From positions 8,885,337-8,949,336 of the forward strand of contig OZ199838.1 in assembly GCA_964304625.1 (NCBI GenBank): DNA of 64,000 bases, given 5' to 3'. Positions 12,494 through 25,873 of this stretch are shown piece after piece. The notes below the pieces were generated by a model, which was given only the letters and a program-made list of their open reading frames with translations, was not told the origin of the DNA and did not search any database. Position 1 is the first letter of the stretch. Every line of letters starts with the position of its first letter. Made by a program: the position numbers and the translations under genes. The stretch comes from Kudoa neothunni. Lineage: Eukaryota > Animalia > Cnidaria.

Positions 12494-14167
12494 CAATAGG
12501 TAACCGATAATACGCAATCCCCTCGAGACCGTCCAAAACGAATTGCGTATAAAACGTTGCAACCGATATTACACAGTTAAAATGCGCGCTCGGTTATTTT
12601 TATTTGTGGTTTCTTTATTCTTCAGCATGAGTAATACAATTTATCTTTGGATGAAAATAACTAAAAATACATTTTTAAGATTATTTGGCTGAAAAATAAT
12701 TTGTTGATTTGTTTAAGACATATTTTTCGATAAAATATTTATATCCTTTTACATTGGGATGAAATTTAGTAAATAATGGGTTCTTTGAAATTATAAATGT
12801 TATTTTATTTCTTTTCATTTTTATTTATAGTGCTGCGTGAATTTTTTAATGTTTTGACCTTAAAATTAAAAAAAAGGGCTAACCTACACTATCTGTGTTT
12901 TCTTCGTTAAGTTACGTGTAATTTCGGTTCTCAAAACGTTCAATGTTTAAGTTTAGAAAAATGTTCACATTGGAAAACATTAACGACATGCCAATGTTCG
13001 ATCATGCTTATTTTAGTGAAGATCATCATTATACTATTAAAGTTTTACAAGCAATTGGGCTTTTACATGAGTATAAGAAATGTACATGTGGCGAAAGAAT
13101 GTACTTATACAAACGATATGCTTTAAGGAAAGATAGCATTTTCGGAATGTCTAACCTTCCTTTGTACAAAGCACTCATTTTAATGGTCTGTTTTATTAAG
13201 TATCCTTCTTTAACTTACGACGAACTGTTGTGTGAACTTGATATTGGTTCTTTTACATCCATTAGTGAATGGAAAACTATTATCCGTTATTTTATGGCAT
13301 CAAAACTTGACGAAGATTTTTCAAAAATTGGTGGACTCGGTAAGATAGTACAAATCGACGAAACTGCCATTTGTAAAAATAAATATAACATCGGCCGAAT
13401 ATTAAAAAACCAGCAATACTGGATGATAGGAGGCATCGATGAGGATGGAAATTGTTTCCTTAAAATTTCTAATGTTAGAAACAAACAAACTTTAGAAGAA
13501 ATAATTATGGAAAACGTAGAGGAAGGAAGCACTATTTGGACAGATGGATGGCGTGGATACAATAGTTTGGCAGATTTGGGTTTTACACATGGGACGGTTA
13601 TTCATAAAAGGCACTTTGTTTCACCTACTGGATTCACACTAATAGAATAGAAGCAACCTGCGGCGCATTCAAGCGCAAATACAGAAACATCACCAATAAA
13701 ACCCTAGAAACATTACCAGAATATGTGCCCGACTTTTTGTTTAGGAGAAGATACCCCAAACAAGAAATTAGTGTGTCATGCCATTATATAATGAACTTTT
13801 ATATGTGATTTCAAAATTGTTTACGAAGTTTGGGGTTTCTTGCCGAAGAAAACACAGATAGTGTAGGATAGCCCTTTTTTAAATGATTTTCCATTATTTA
13901 TAATATTCATAAAAAAATTCAACCGTTAAAACTTAAGTCTTACCCTTTTTATAACAAAAAATAAAATTTTCGTGATTTGACTGTATAAGTGCGTATTGTC
14001 TATCAGCCACGAGACATAACAGATTGGTAATTCCCTACTTTAATTCAAAAATATTTTAGGAGACTCATACCTTTTTATAATCATAAAAGTATTATGAAAC
14101 GTAACCACCTAATATAAACTTTGAATACGTCATATTGATGAAAGTGCGTATTATCGGTTGCCTACTG
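12494..14167. mobile_element. Non-autonomous Tc1/pogo-type element carrying a nested Merlin
   Basis: TIR CA(A/G)TAGG(T/C)AACCGATAATACGCA at both ends, flanked by TA on both sides. Confidence 0.75.
12876..13874 (+). mobile_element. Merlin (ISXO2-like) transposon with frameshifted transposase
   Basis: TIR of about 30 bp, GGGCTA(A/T)CCTACACTATCTGTGTTTTCTTCG. ORF 12943..13650 has IVQIDETAI, IWTDGWRGY and HGTVIH; the HTN-IE C-terminus continues in a shifted frame. Confidence 0.9.
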
Positions 14168-14448
14168 TAATAATTGAATGTCATAAATTCCTAAGAAACG
14201 TTCAAAATTGGAAATTGAAACAATTTACTGTAGGTTCAACTTTCCCATATGTTTGCTGTCACAACGACCTCACGAACTAAAAAAACGATGTGCATCCTTC
14301 GAGAAATTTTTACGTTAGTCTATTAACCCCAGAATATGTTGTAATTAAATTTTGCAACGTCTTTAAGGAAGAAAATGATCATTATTTGGTCTATTCTTTA
14401 ATAAGAATTATTTATATAGTCATAAATAGTTTTTTAGTTATTATAATG

Positions 14449-15012
14449 CTGTATTTCCCCGGTTATAGAACCTACACCGAAAATAAGGCATAATGGTATT
14501 TTTGAGCTGGTTTTTAATATAAGGCCTATTCGAATATTTTAATCCCAATTATTCTGAATTATATAACAAAATAACCGATGATATAATTTTGTTGGACAGT
14601 TATAATAGAAATTTAAAAAGTGAGATGATCAATAAGTACGTAGATTTGGGGTTTGATGGTCATTTTATCTTCGCTTTTGTAATATGCGAAAAAAGCACAG
14701 TTAAGCAAATACGCACAAACTATAAGTAGGTGTAAAAACATTAGAGCGCCTTAGTTAATTCAATTCCCTTACAATTTTTAAAGAGAAGATCAATATATTA
14801 AACAAATAATATGTTCCACATTGTGTTTCTTTCAACACAAATATTATTGTCTATTCTATAAAAAAAGTATTTTTTTAATTCTGTTATATGAGCTAGATAA
14901 CGCATATGAAGTTTTGTCGGTTACAAACATAAGACCTGCCTCAAAATGTGACCTAATGCCTTTCTTAAACTAAATAAAATTTAAGACCTATCTTATATTT
15001 GGAGAAACACAG
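14449..15012. mobile_element. Probable Tc1/pogo-type MITE
   Basis: Ends CTGTATTTCCCC ... GGAGAAACACAG|TA, with internal ATAAG(A/G)C-type repeats. Left target is degenerate. Confidence 0.5.
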
Positions 15013-16787
15013 TATTACAAAAAATAAATGATATCTGTGCACATTGTGCTTTTTGGGGTCGATTAGACACCCCAATTTTAATCAGTAAAAGAATACAATA
15101 AAATGTTACTAAGTTCGGATTTAAGTTAACTGATTTCCGCCAAAGAAATCGTGGGTAAAGTGTTAATAACGTTCTAATAGTTACTAATGAGAATGAAGAA
15201 ATTATACGTTGTTTTAGACCAGGGTTTTCCAAACTTTTTTCTTCGTCGACTTCCCTCCAAAAACGTTATTGAGAATATTAAAATATTCTCAGATTTTTGA
15301 CTGGAATAAGTAAAAATGTGCGCAATATATTTCATTAAGATTCTATTTCCAATGCATAGTAAAATCCAACATTTTACGAGTAGAAAAGCTTTCATTTATT
15401 AATGATGTAACATCAAAATATATCCGAAAAATCTTAGATATTTTTAAATTTACACAGATATTAATAATCAAGTAATAACGCAAAAAACAATTATATTGGC
15501 AAATTTACCACAACGAATCTTTTTCATCGTAAATCGCACTCAATAGGCCTCCTAAGTGAGGTCGTCTGTATATGATTATAGTTACGCGCTCTTTCACAAA
15601 CTAATTACAAAGGCAGATTTTAAGATTAAGTTACATCATATATAGAGAAGTTAATATTTACCTACGGTTGTCTTTAAAGTTAATAAGAATATCTTAATCA
15701 TTACTTTAAGATAATTTTCCGTATCCTGAGGTTGCTTGAAGAGTTTGCCAAGTGTCCACAGGGGTTGAAACGACAATTGCAGAATATTATAATTATTTTC
15801 TCAACTTTTGTAATTTTCATTCAAATCAATTTTAAAAATAAGGCTTATTCTTCTTAGTTAATTATAAACTTAATTTAAACTATTGTTATTGTTTTTATGC
15901 TGTTGATAACAACCAATACTAGTGATCATTTAAATTTAAGAAAAATTTGAAACCAGTTTATTTACTAGTTTTTTATGAGCTGCAAAGTATGTCTCTGCGT
16001 AAGTAAAAAAAATTAAATTACATAATTAGGAAAATTGGTGATTGACTTTAACCTGAAAATAAAAAATAAATGTTATGGGATAGTCAATTAATTTTATTAA
16101 ATAACGTAGCATTAAATTGAAAGGTCGGAAACATTATCTCAAAATCCCATAAAATTCAGTGGAATCTCTATAGCTTCTATCGACCCTCTTTCGACCCCTT
16201 GCGTAATTATCGACCCAAGGGGTTGTTACCGACCACTTTACAGTTCCATGATCTAAAAAATGCATAGAAAAAAATAAAGTTATCTATTTTTGTTCACATT
16301 ATTTTATGTTTACGCACGGAAGGTACACATAACCGGTTTTAGACTTCAGGAAAATATTTGATTGTTAAATTATTCTCAGTTTAATGTATTAAATTGAAAC
16401 CCTCCATGTAAAATTAGCCTCCGAAATTAATTCAAATTAACTAGATGAAGTTACGATTCTGAAAAAATTTTAAAATAATTTATAATTTGGACTAACCTTA
16501 TAGCACAATATATTTTAAGCACTTACTTGCAACTAAGAATAATTCTTGAGTCAAAAAGCCCTTATTCGAAATTAATTACAAGAAAATAAGTCATTTAAAT
16601 CAAAAAGCATCTAGATATTTTGACATTTCCCGCGTCTCTATTTAATGCTTTCTAAAATAGCTCAGAGGCACAAATTCATCGACTATATAGCACCAAGTAC
16701 TGTAAATCTCAAAACAAAATAAAGATAACGAATAAAATAATATATTTAGTTTTATGCTCAAAATAGCATAATAGACGAGTATATTGT

Positions 16788-17732
16788 TTATGCTGAAATG
16801 TCTGCCTTTTTATTTTTGTTAGTTTCATTAGCGAACGCTTCCCCCGATTCGATAAGTTTATTGGAGAATACCAGAAATATTACCACAGTGAGCAACAGAT
16901 ATATTTGGAATATTTTGTAGATGAGACTGTTTAATAGTGAGTCCGACACTTCGGTACTACTCGCTTTATATTTGACCATAAAGTAGACGTTGGATATTTG
17001 AATCGGTGAACCAAGTACAAAGTAGCATGTTACAATAGCAATAACAAATTTCAAGACTTCGACGCAATGCTTGGTTACAATGTGCCCACTTCTAAATAAA
17101 TTATACGTGGGATCGTTGTTGGTCTCGGATGAACTGGTTGGCCCATTTTTTTTCAAATAGAAAAACATTTGAATGCAACAATACAACACCACTGAAAGAA
17201 ATATCACATTAGCTAAAACCAAGATGGTTATGGTTGGAACGGTATTCAACCAAGCTGGTATGGAACAATCATGAGCGGTCCTGTTTATGTAAGCTCGATG
17301 CACTTTGCCCCAGGAAACCTGGATGGAGATCAGCAACACATTCGACACAGCAATACAACCGAAAAATATCGCACTTTTGACATTCCTCAAATGAGTTATA
17401 TAGAATTGTGGACGCATACAAATTTTAATGTATCGTTCCACTATTAAAAATAAGATCAAGGATAATCCATACATACCGAAAAAGAGCATGATTGTGACAC
17501 TAAATGCACAGCCATATGGATTAACCACTTTCTGATTCAGTACAGAATAAAACAGAATAATGAAGGTAGAAAACAAAGCATTATTCCAAAATAGCACCAA
17601 ACAAATTTTAGCAATAATCAACTGCAAACGTACTCTCTTCACCAGGATATATGTTGAAATAGATGTGCATGACACATTGGCGAGAACAATCACAAAGCTA
17701 ACAGCCAAACTTATTATTCCATAGGCATCCAT
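16788..17732 (-). CDS. Divergent rhodopsin-like 7TM GPCR, paralog of 2851..3828
   Basis: Colinear with the first receptor (LANVSCTSIS, MLFFGMYG, VERYIKIC, CYFVLGSP). First ATG at 17732 (the ORF track starts at an upstream GTG). Confidence 0.85.
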   Translation of the reverse strand: MDAYGIISLAVSFVIVLANVSCTSISTYILVKRVRLQLIIAKICLVLFWNNALFSTFIILFYSVLNQKVVNPYGCAFSVTIMLFFGMYGLSLILFLIVERYIKICMRPQFYITHLRNVKSAIFFGCIAVSNVLLISIQVSWGKVHRAYINRTAHDCSIPAWLNTVPTITILVLANVIFLSVVLYCCIQMFFYLKKNGPTSSSETNNDPTYNLFRSGHIVTKHCVEVLKFVIAIVTCYFVLGSPIQISNVYFMVKYKASSTEVSDSLLNSLIYKIFQIYLLLTVVIFLVFSNKLIESGEAFANETNKNKKADISA

Positions 17733-20709
17733 GTTCGAGCGCAATATACCCTTCGTGTACACAAAACAGTAAATCTCCCAGTACACTTACTTCCAAAAAG
17801 TAGATTTAAGTAGTTAATGTTGAGTGATCCGTATAGATAAATGTTGTTTACATGTATTAGCTTGTATATTACTTTTAAGTTTCACTAAATGACTGGAATG
17901 AAATTTTTATATCATTAGATAAATTTATGCGCTATTGGTATACTTTTGAAGAGGATTCAGTTGATAAAAAAAGTACAATTTTTCTTTATATTTTATTTTC
18001 ATTAAAAGTTTGGTTGATCTAACTTCATCAAATCGACCACTAAACTTATGGTACATAATAAAGTCTTATACTTTTAAGAAAATCGATAGTAATAATATTT
18101 TTATATTTTATATGTTAAATACAAATATTTTCATTAACTTTCGTGTAAGATCCTTCAAAAATTTTCGTTGGAAAACATATTATGTGGATTAATTTTCTGA
18201 TAGGATTAACGATTTTATATGGATTTAGAAAGTAACCTGCAAAAATAATTCTCCTAAATTGTTTATAAAAACGTTAGTTGTATTATGATGTTTAATTTAT
18301 TAATTTAAGAATTTTCATTTAGCTATTTGAGTCTGACCCATATTTGTTATCTATCGTTTTCACTTTATCACTTATCAACGTTAAATCTAATTTCGAGTTC
18401 TAGATATTCTTTTTGAAATGTGATATGTTCTACTTTTGGTATAATAACAATCGCCCGTCGTATGGTAATCGTATATCAATTAATAAAGAAATTGAATGCC
18501 AGATCAAGTCGATTAAAATTAATGAGCCAAACTTAAATTAGTTTTCACAAAATGACTCTTGGCCGTTAATATTGGAACTATTCTCTTTTATTCGTATTTA
18601 AAAACTAATTAATTATTAGAAAGTTAATAATGGAAGTCCAAATATTTTAATTTACTTCTATTGTTATCTCATGGATGTGAATCAAAATGGTCTGTATTCG
18701 GAAATACCAACCTTCTGTCTTAATGAATATTTTAGTTAATCTTTTCTACAGAGAGCTGAAAAAATTACGTGTGCACTGATAGACAGAGGTTGTAAAAATT
18801 AATTGGTCAAATAATTAATTTCATCTATTTTATTGTGACGGAATGTAACTAAAATTAATTGATTGCAAAATGATTTTTTAATCAATTGTTCCAAGCCCAC
18901 GATGAAGAATGTGCCACTTCCATTTCACAGATTTTTTCCCGTAGCAACCGCTCTATTAAGGTCCTACAAAGGCTATATTTTCTAGATAAAATTATCGTTT
19001 TACAAATTTAAACAATTTTTAAGGTCTTTAGATTTTATTTAAGTGATTCTACTACTATGGAAGGTTTAGATCTCATAAAGGGGAAGGTAAATATCGATAT
19101 TTTGGTGATTTTTCAACTTAAGATCGTCGTGATCAATTGTTGAAGGATCATTTATGGGCCAAAATTATAAAATAAATAATCTATGTAGTAATACCACCCT
19201 TGAATTAGTATGAATGAATTTACAATGACAAATATTCATGTGTTTCAACTATTTGCCGGTATCTCCCAACCGAATATAAATAATTTGATTTGGAACGATT
19301 TCTGTGGTAACTTTGAATTAAGATTAGCATATCATTATTATTATTATTCGAGAAACGTATAGCTTGTTGTGTCAGCTTCATTTTTTTGAGTTAATATTCG
19401 GCTAATTCTTAATCCGGCAGCCCATGTGCAATCAATATTCTACATTTTTACTATGAGTGATAATAATTCGACGAATTATTTATTTTTACGCACTTTAGAA
19501 ACATTAGCCCGCCATCAGCAACATTTATCCTACGCCTATCCATTCACAAAGTCGGTCTAAGTCGGTTGCGAACGCGCAAAGATTACGTATTTATTATATT
19601 CATAATTTTTCCGTAGAAAGTTATTTTATTTCTTGTTTATATATTTTGCTATATTGTTTTATGCGAGTGCTATAGTTGACAATATTTTCGCGTCATATTT
19701 AAAATATTCTTATTTGAACTTAAAATTTATTGTATTTACTTAATATGAAGGTGCTTATGAAATCAGTAATATATTAATAATATTTCAGCCTTAAAAATGA
19801 TGAATTCTAAAAATAGGGGTACACTCGGACCTTGCTTGGTTTTTAAACGTAGAATTAATTAAATAGGGTTATCAAATTAGATAAAGACATTTCATATACG
19901 ATAACAAAAATGGAGATAACGGAGGTTTTACATTACAACAAAATTAATGAATTCAGTTATAATACAAAATTTTGTCTGAGGTTAATTTTTTTGCACTTGT
20001 GTGGTGAGAATCAATAAAAGCAACAATTAGTTATCATCAACAATTAGTTATCATCAACAATTATTTACAATGTATATTCACAAACCGTTTTATTCTAAAA
20101 TTTTTATTTTTAATAACGGCGCCAAAAAAGAAAGTTTATATAATATGATTCATAGGTTATGCATATTTTATAATTATTAATTCTTGTTTTCTGTTTTTTT
20201 ATTTTTCGGCTACATATTTTTATTACAAAGCTTTAAAGTAATTTTTCTCTTATTTATATTATGCTAATAACTAAACCTTGGAATAAACATTTTAGTTATG
20301 AACAAGATTTCATCAAGCGAGGAATCAAAAGACGACTCTAAATACTATCGAGCTGAAGGTGCGTCTAATATTTGTAAGGTTTTTATCATAAGTGGTATAG
20401 GAATAAACCAAAAGTTTGGGATGCCGATGAATTTATCATTGAAAAATCGAATTAATATCTTACCTATGTAATTTTGAAACTTAATTGAGTTCAATAAACA
20501 ACTTAGCGAATTTCATTTAACCAAATTTATGAAAAACGACTTGAAAAATTGTAATAATGCTTTTTATAAAAATTTAGAAATTAACGGTAGTGTCGCATTT
20601 TTTGAGAAGTTCAATATATGAACTTTACGCTAGATTCAATGGTAGAAATAAAGCAGTCCAAATTGATATATCATTTTGTCTTTTAAGTGCTTTAATGCAA
20701 CATTTAGAT

Positions 20710-22185
20710 CAGTGTTTCCCTACAAATTTTACACCCTTACCCCCATCCTAATTTCCGCGTTCACTTCGCACCCCCTCCTCCATGTGAATGTCAAGACTCA
20801 ATTAATCTATTTATTTAAATGCGAAAACAATAATACCAATGAAAAATGTCTTAAAATCATATTTGTATTATTTTAGGTTTATATTTTAACCTAAAAATTT
20901 TCCCAATTACTTCCAAAATAAATTAAAACTAAAATTTTTTGGTTAACTCAATTTGCTATGTATAATTGAAAAAGAATGAACATTATCTTTTCATTACTCA
21001 CGACTTAACACTCAGTGATTGGAGTTATTATTCATTCCTGCTTATATATACCATTTTTATGTAAAGTAATAAATAATTCTAATAAATTATGTCATTATAG
21101 TTATTCCGAAATATTAGACGCAAAAAATAAATAAAAGAGTAATACTAAACTATAAGAAGTATGGTCGCTTAAATAAGTTCTTTATTAAAAGGTGAAATCA
21201 AATGAGCCAATTCGTATAGTTCACAAGAAACATAATATCAAAATCAATTGCTATTTAGTATTCATTTGATCAGGCGGTTCTCTTGCCCTCGCTGGGTTTT
21301 AATAATTAATGCAAAGCAGTACATTTTGTTGGATTATGAAACATGAAAATCGTTTTCGGATTGAATGAATTCCAATACTTATTATTTGTATATAATGAAG
21401 TCGATAAACTTGTTTCATACGCTATCCTGTGTTGAATAAATCTAGCGACTTCCTTATTCTATGTTGAGTCATATGTTAAATTAAATTTTGAGGCACTGGG
21501 TTAATAAAAATTCAGTAGATTCAAAAAATATGCGTTCTAAATATACTTTACTTAAACAACAAATATATATTGTTAAAATTGGCATTCATTTATTTATATG
21601 TAAAAATGAATGCTTCGATCCTTGTTTTACCTATAATTTAAAGAGCAATTTAACTTAGATTTATATTAGAGACAAGGTACAAATTCGAAAGTAAAACTTG
21701 AAACGTAAATAATAAAAACTATACAATTAAACGATGGATCTCAAATTTAGACAGAAGACAAAGTTAAAATTACATAGTGGTTTTATTTTTATGGATATAT
21801 ATTATTTCTAAGTAGATAAAAATGCTGAAAACCTAATTACCGCTTAGGCATATAAATATGTTATTTTGAAAGATAAAAAGTTACGATTTTACATGAAAAT
21901 AGCGATAGATTTTGTAAGCTGAACGGGCATAATATAAACTATTACCTTACTGCGATATTTCGTAGAATCAAGCAGAATAAATTATCAAATCCCATTTTTG
22001 AATCGATACTGATTGATATCAAAGCCACCAGAAATATTATTGTACGCATTACGTTCTTACATGATTTAAACGAGGACTAACGAAAATTACGAAATGAGTC
22101 AATTAAGATTAATTTTTAAATTTATTCTTGAATCACTCCCACACCCCCAATGATGGCACATCGCACCCCTTGTAGGGAAACACTG
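20710..22185. mobile_element. Non-autonomous hAT element
   Basis: Perfect 16-bp TIR CAGTGTTTCCCTACAA. The 8-bp flanks match only 5/8 (ATTTAGAT/CTGTAAAT). Confidence 0.75.
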
Positions 22186-22436
22186 CTGTAAATGAACGCC
22201 TGGTTCGCTTCAAAGAAAGATGTCCCTTCAGAGTTTTCATGAAGAGCAAACCAGGTCGTTACGGATTAAAACATTTGGCGACCGCTGATATTGAAACTAG
22301 ATCCCCTGTTGAACATCTAGCCGTACACTGGTAAATCAGACTGTAGCAGAGGAATTAACTAAGGAGAACGTGTTGTCACAAACCCCGTCAAACCTTTTTC
22401 GGAACCAGTAGAGGAGTTACCGTGGATAGTTTCTTT

Positions 22437-24697
22437 GGAAGTGTCTATTGACCCGAACAAATTGTTTTTACCTATTTAGGGGATTCTTTTTTAATTGTAA
22501 TGAGTCAAAAAATTATTAAAATGGATTATACATTAATGTGAACAAAATAAAAGAATTTTTGTGCTTAGGAATCTGTGATATAAGGCGTTACTTAGGAAGG
22601 ACCCATCCTCATCATTATTGTAATTTATCGCTGTAAATGCTCTATTTTCCATCATAAACTTGTTTAACATTTGAATGAAATGTTTTTATGATTTTTGATC
22701 AGTAAGAAATTTATTCGTTCCACGTATTGTGCAATAATAATTTTCTGATATGATATATCCGTGTTATATTCATAGTTTTAAATGAATTCACTGTTGTAAT
22801 CATGTTATTTGCTATTTTCAATATTTTCGAATTGATTTCATCCACATAAATGATTGTTGTAAACCCAAAACTCCAAATGGCGTCAAATGTCCTACATTGA
22901 TATTTTTTATAATATCGGTATAAAATCACTCAATTTAAATATATGTTGTGAATATGATTTTTTATCTGAAAACGAATCCAATTCATTGATTTATACTTAA
23001 TTTAATGTCACCTAATCAGGACACTTCACATACTCCCTTATTTAGACTTCGCATACAAACTGAATTTCGACGATACTAGTTGAAATTTAATGTTCTCAAT
23101 AAAAATATATAGTTGTTATTATCCACTATAACAATTTTATTCATATTTGGAACATTATTTTCAACGTTTAAATATACAACTTTATATTGGTGATTTAATT
23201 CAAAAAATGTTGGATTTGGACTTTTTTCACCAAGCCGTGTATCACACAGACATTCTCATGAATTCTACTGCATGACTATAGGAACTTTGTAAAATTGATT
23301 GAACGTATTTGATAAAAAAATCCTTTTAAATTATTGTAACATAAATACCATCTTATGGATGGGTAAAATACATATTCATGATGGTATAAGATATATTTAA
23401 ATAGCATATGACTTAAAACGAAAGCTTTTTTTATCATAATTTCTCTTACTATCATTCTTCTGATTTACAATTCATACAACTCTAATATTTGGATGACGGG
23501 TTCAGTTTAATATGTTAGCATTTAAAATAGCTCGATTGAAGACATGTGTCGGAGCCTATAGTCTCATTGTTGATTTCCCATATCTCTAAATATCTTCTTT
23601 TTTTATTTGAATTTTTTTAAAATTACAGGTTCTCTGTATGTGATTTACAAGAGTGCTTCATGTTAGACACTTTATTCAATGAAACAAAGTTCCCTTTTCT
23701 CGTAATATTTTTTCTTGGATTACTTTGAAATTTCCGTCAACTTGAACAAATTGAGTGATAAGATCACTTTCATCCTTTGATATTTTATTTCTACTATGCA
23801 AAAATTGTGATAGAAAGTTCATAGAATCATGGTTATGTGATAAGTCAAAGGATTTTAACACGAATTTTTTTACGTCGGTAATGACTGAAAATTTTAGAAA
23901 CATTGGGCATGCTCTGTAATAAAAATTCGAATTTCTTTTACCAACAGATCGTTTTCTCTAAAATAACGACTGCATGTTTTCAAACTTTAATGCATATACA
24001 AAATTTATTGAAATTTTTGAAGAAATTAAGTTTTTGTCGCGATGAACCCAGCAGTATTTTGTATGATAAAACTAAAGTATTGGATTTAACGTTTTATTAT
24101 ATCGCTTCTAAGTTCTTTCGATAGTTTAAGAGTCATATATAGATAAACTGCCCATGGAGTTTTGTTCGTATTCTTCTATTTTCAACTTAAACTCCTCCAA
24201 AATGCTATAAGTACTTCCGGTTTGAAAAGTCGTATTAAGTTCAGGCAATCCCATTTCGTAAACACGCGCGTAGGAGTAAAATCAAAATTTTTCTTTTACT
24301 ATAACCAAATATCTTTAAATACAACAAATACATACTTTATGGTTTTGGTTTTGTGAAAAATCTTATATTTTTTAAAATAATTTTGTATTACAACATTAAA
24401 GGATGATTACAATAAAATTAAAACTATTACAATAAAAATTTTAGTTACATATATAATTAAAAGTTAAATCAGAACTAAAAATGTTCATTTGAATAAATAA
24501 TTAACTCATAAACTCAATAAAAAGACTTTTTACGATACATTTAGTCGAAACCATATTACATTATACAGAATATTTTTAACCGATAAAAAAATTAAGTAAC
24601 AAATTGTATGTTGTTTTATATCAGGAAAAACAGATTTACTATAATAAAGAGCCCGAAAATTAAATAAATCAATTTGTTCGGGCCAATAGACACTGCC
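22437..24697 (-). mobile_element. Internally deleted MULE-PHD, copy B
   Basis: Same TIR as copy A, 9-bp TSD AGTTTCTTT/AATTTCTTT. Homologous to 5084-6190 joined to 8190-9244. Confidence 0.92.
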
Positions 24698-25873
24698 AAT
24701 TTCTTTATTTCAGTTCCGCTTGCACAGAAACTTTTACGAAATAATCTAACATTGACAGGAACGATTCGTTTCAAGAAACCTGAAATTCCTAACGAATTTT
24801 TGAGATCTCCAAAACGTGAAGTTTTTTCCTCCTTATTTGGATTTAGTAGTGATCTCACCCTAGTTTCCTACGTCCCAAAAAAGAATTACTTGGTGAATTT
24901 GTTATCGAGTAAACACAACGATATTTCTTTAGAAAATGGCAAGCGGAAACAATCTCAAATTATCCTACATTATAATGCTACAAGTAGGGGTGTTGATTAT
25001 GCGGATAAGATGGCTTTTTCATATTCATGCTCCACGCTTACGCGTCGGTGACCCCTTAAAATGTTTATGGAGATGATTGACATCTCGGCGTTGACTGATT
25101 ATATAATCTAGACAACAAAATTCCGAATGGTGGAAAAACAAGAGAAGCAAGCGGCAATATTTTTTTCGCCAACTATCAATTGAATTGGCTGACGCCAACG
25201 TTTTTAATGATCAAATGATGTCCAATAACTATTCGACAAACACAAAGTACGGCTTTGAACTATTTCAAAATCGAATGAATAATTATGATTCATTTATTGA
25301 ACGGGTTAAGCTTTAAAAATCAATCTACGAGAAATAGATGCTATTTCTGTTTACGTAATAAAGTAAAAAAAACAAATATTCGCTGCTACAACTGCAATAA
25401 ATTTCTTTGTTAGAATCACAGAAAACAAAAAAAGTTGCATACTGCACAGATTTTTTTGAATAAAATTTATTCCGTGTTGTTACTCAATAAACTCAAATTC
25501 TTTATGCGTGTGCAAAACTATTATTACGTGATTTTAAAATGTTTCAATTGTGTATATTGTAAAAATAGGATAGATTCTTATTTCAATTATCTATCATTCA
25601 TTATTTTAGAATTTATTGAACTAAAACCTTAATTACCAAGAATGTTAAAAAATCACCGCGCACTTAAAAAATTCATCGGTTGTTTACGATCAAACCCGAA
25701 ATGTAATAGGTGGGGGGCAACATCGCAAGTCAGTATCTCAATGGCTAGTGTGGGTACCAACTTCTTTCATCTTATTTTTTATTTTTAGTCGTCTATTTAT
25801 TACTCATGTTTAAATTCTATAACAACATGTCATATTATTTCGTTATATTAGTATCGCACGATAATTTTTATAA

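Noticed and set aside
12943-13650. Bacterial IS1595 contamination or recent horizontal transfer
   Set aside because: Merlin is the established eukaryotic branch of this family; the copies are nested among intron-containing genes and share the local AT content.
20021-20063. Short direct repeat as a CRISPR-like array
   Set aside because: A simple 17-bp tandem duplication with no spacers, in eukaryotic DNA.
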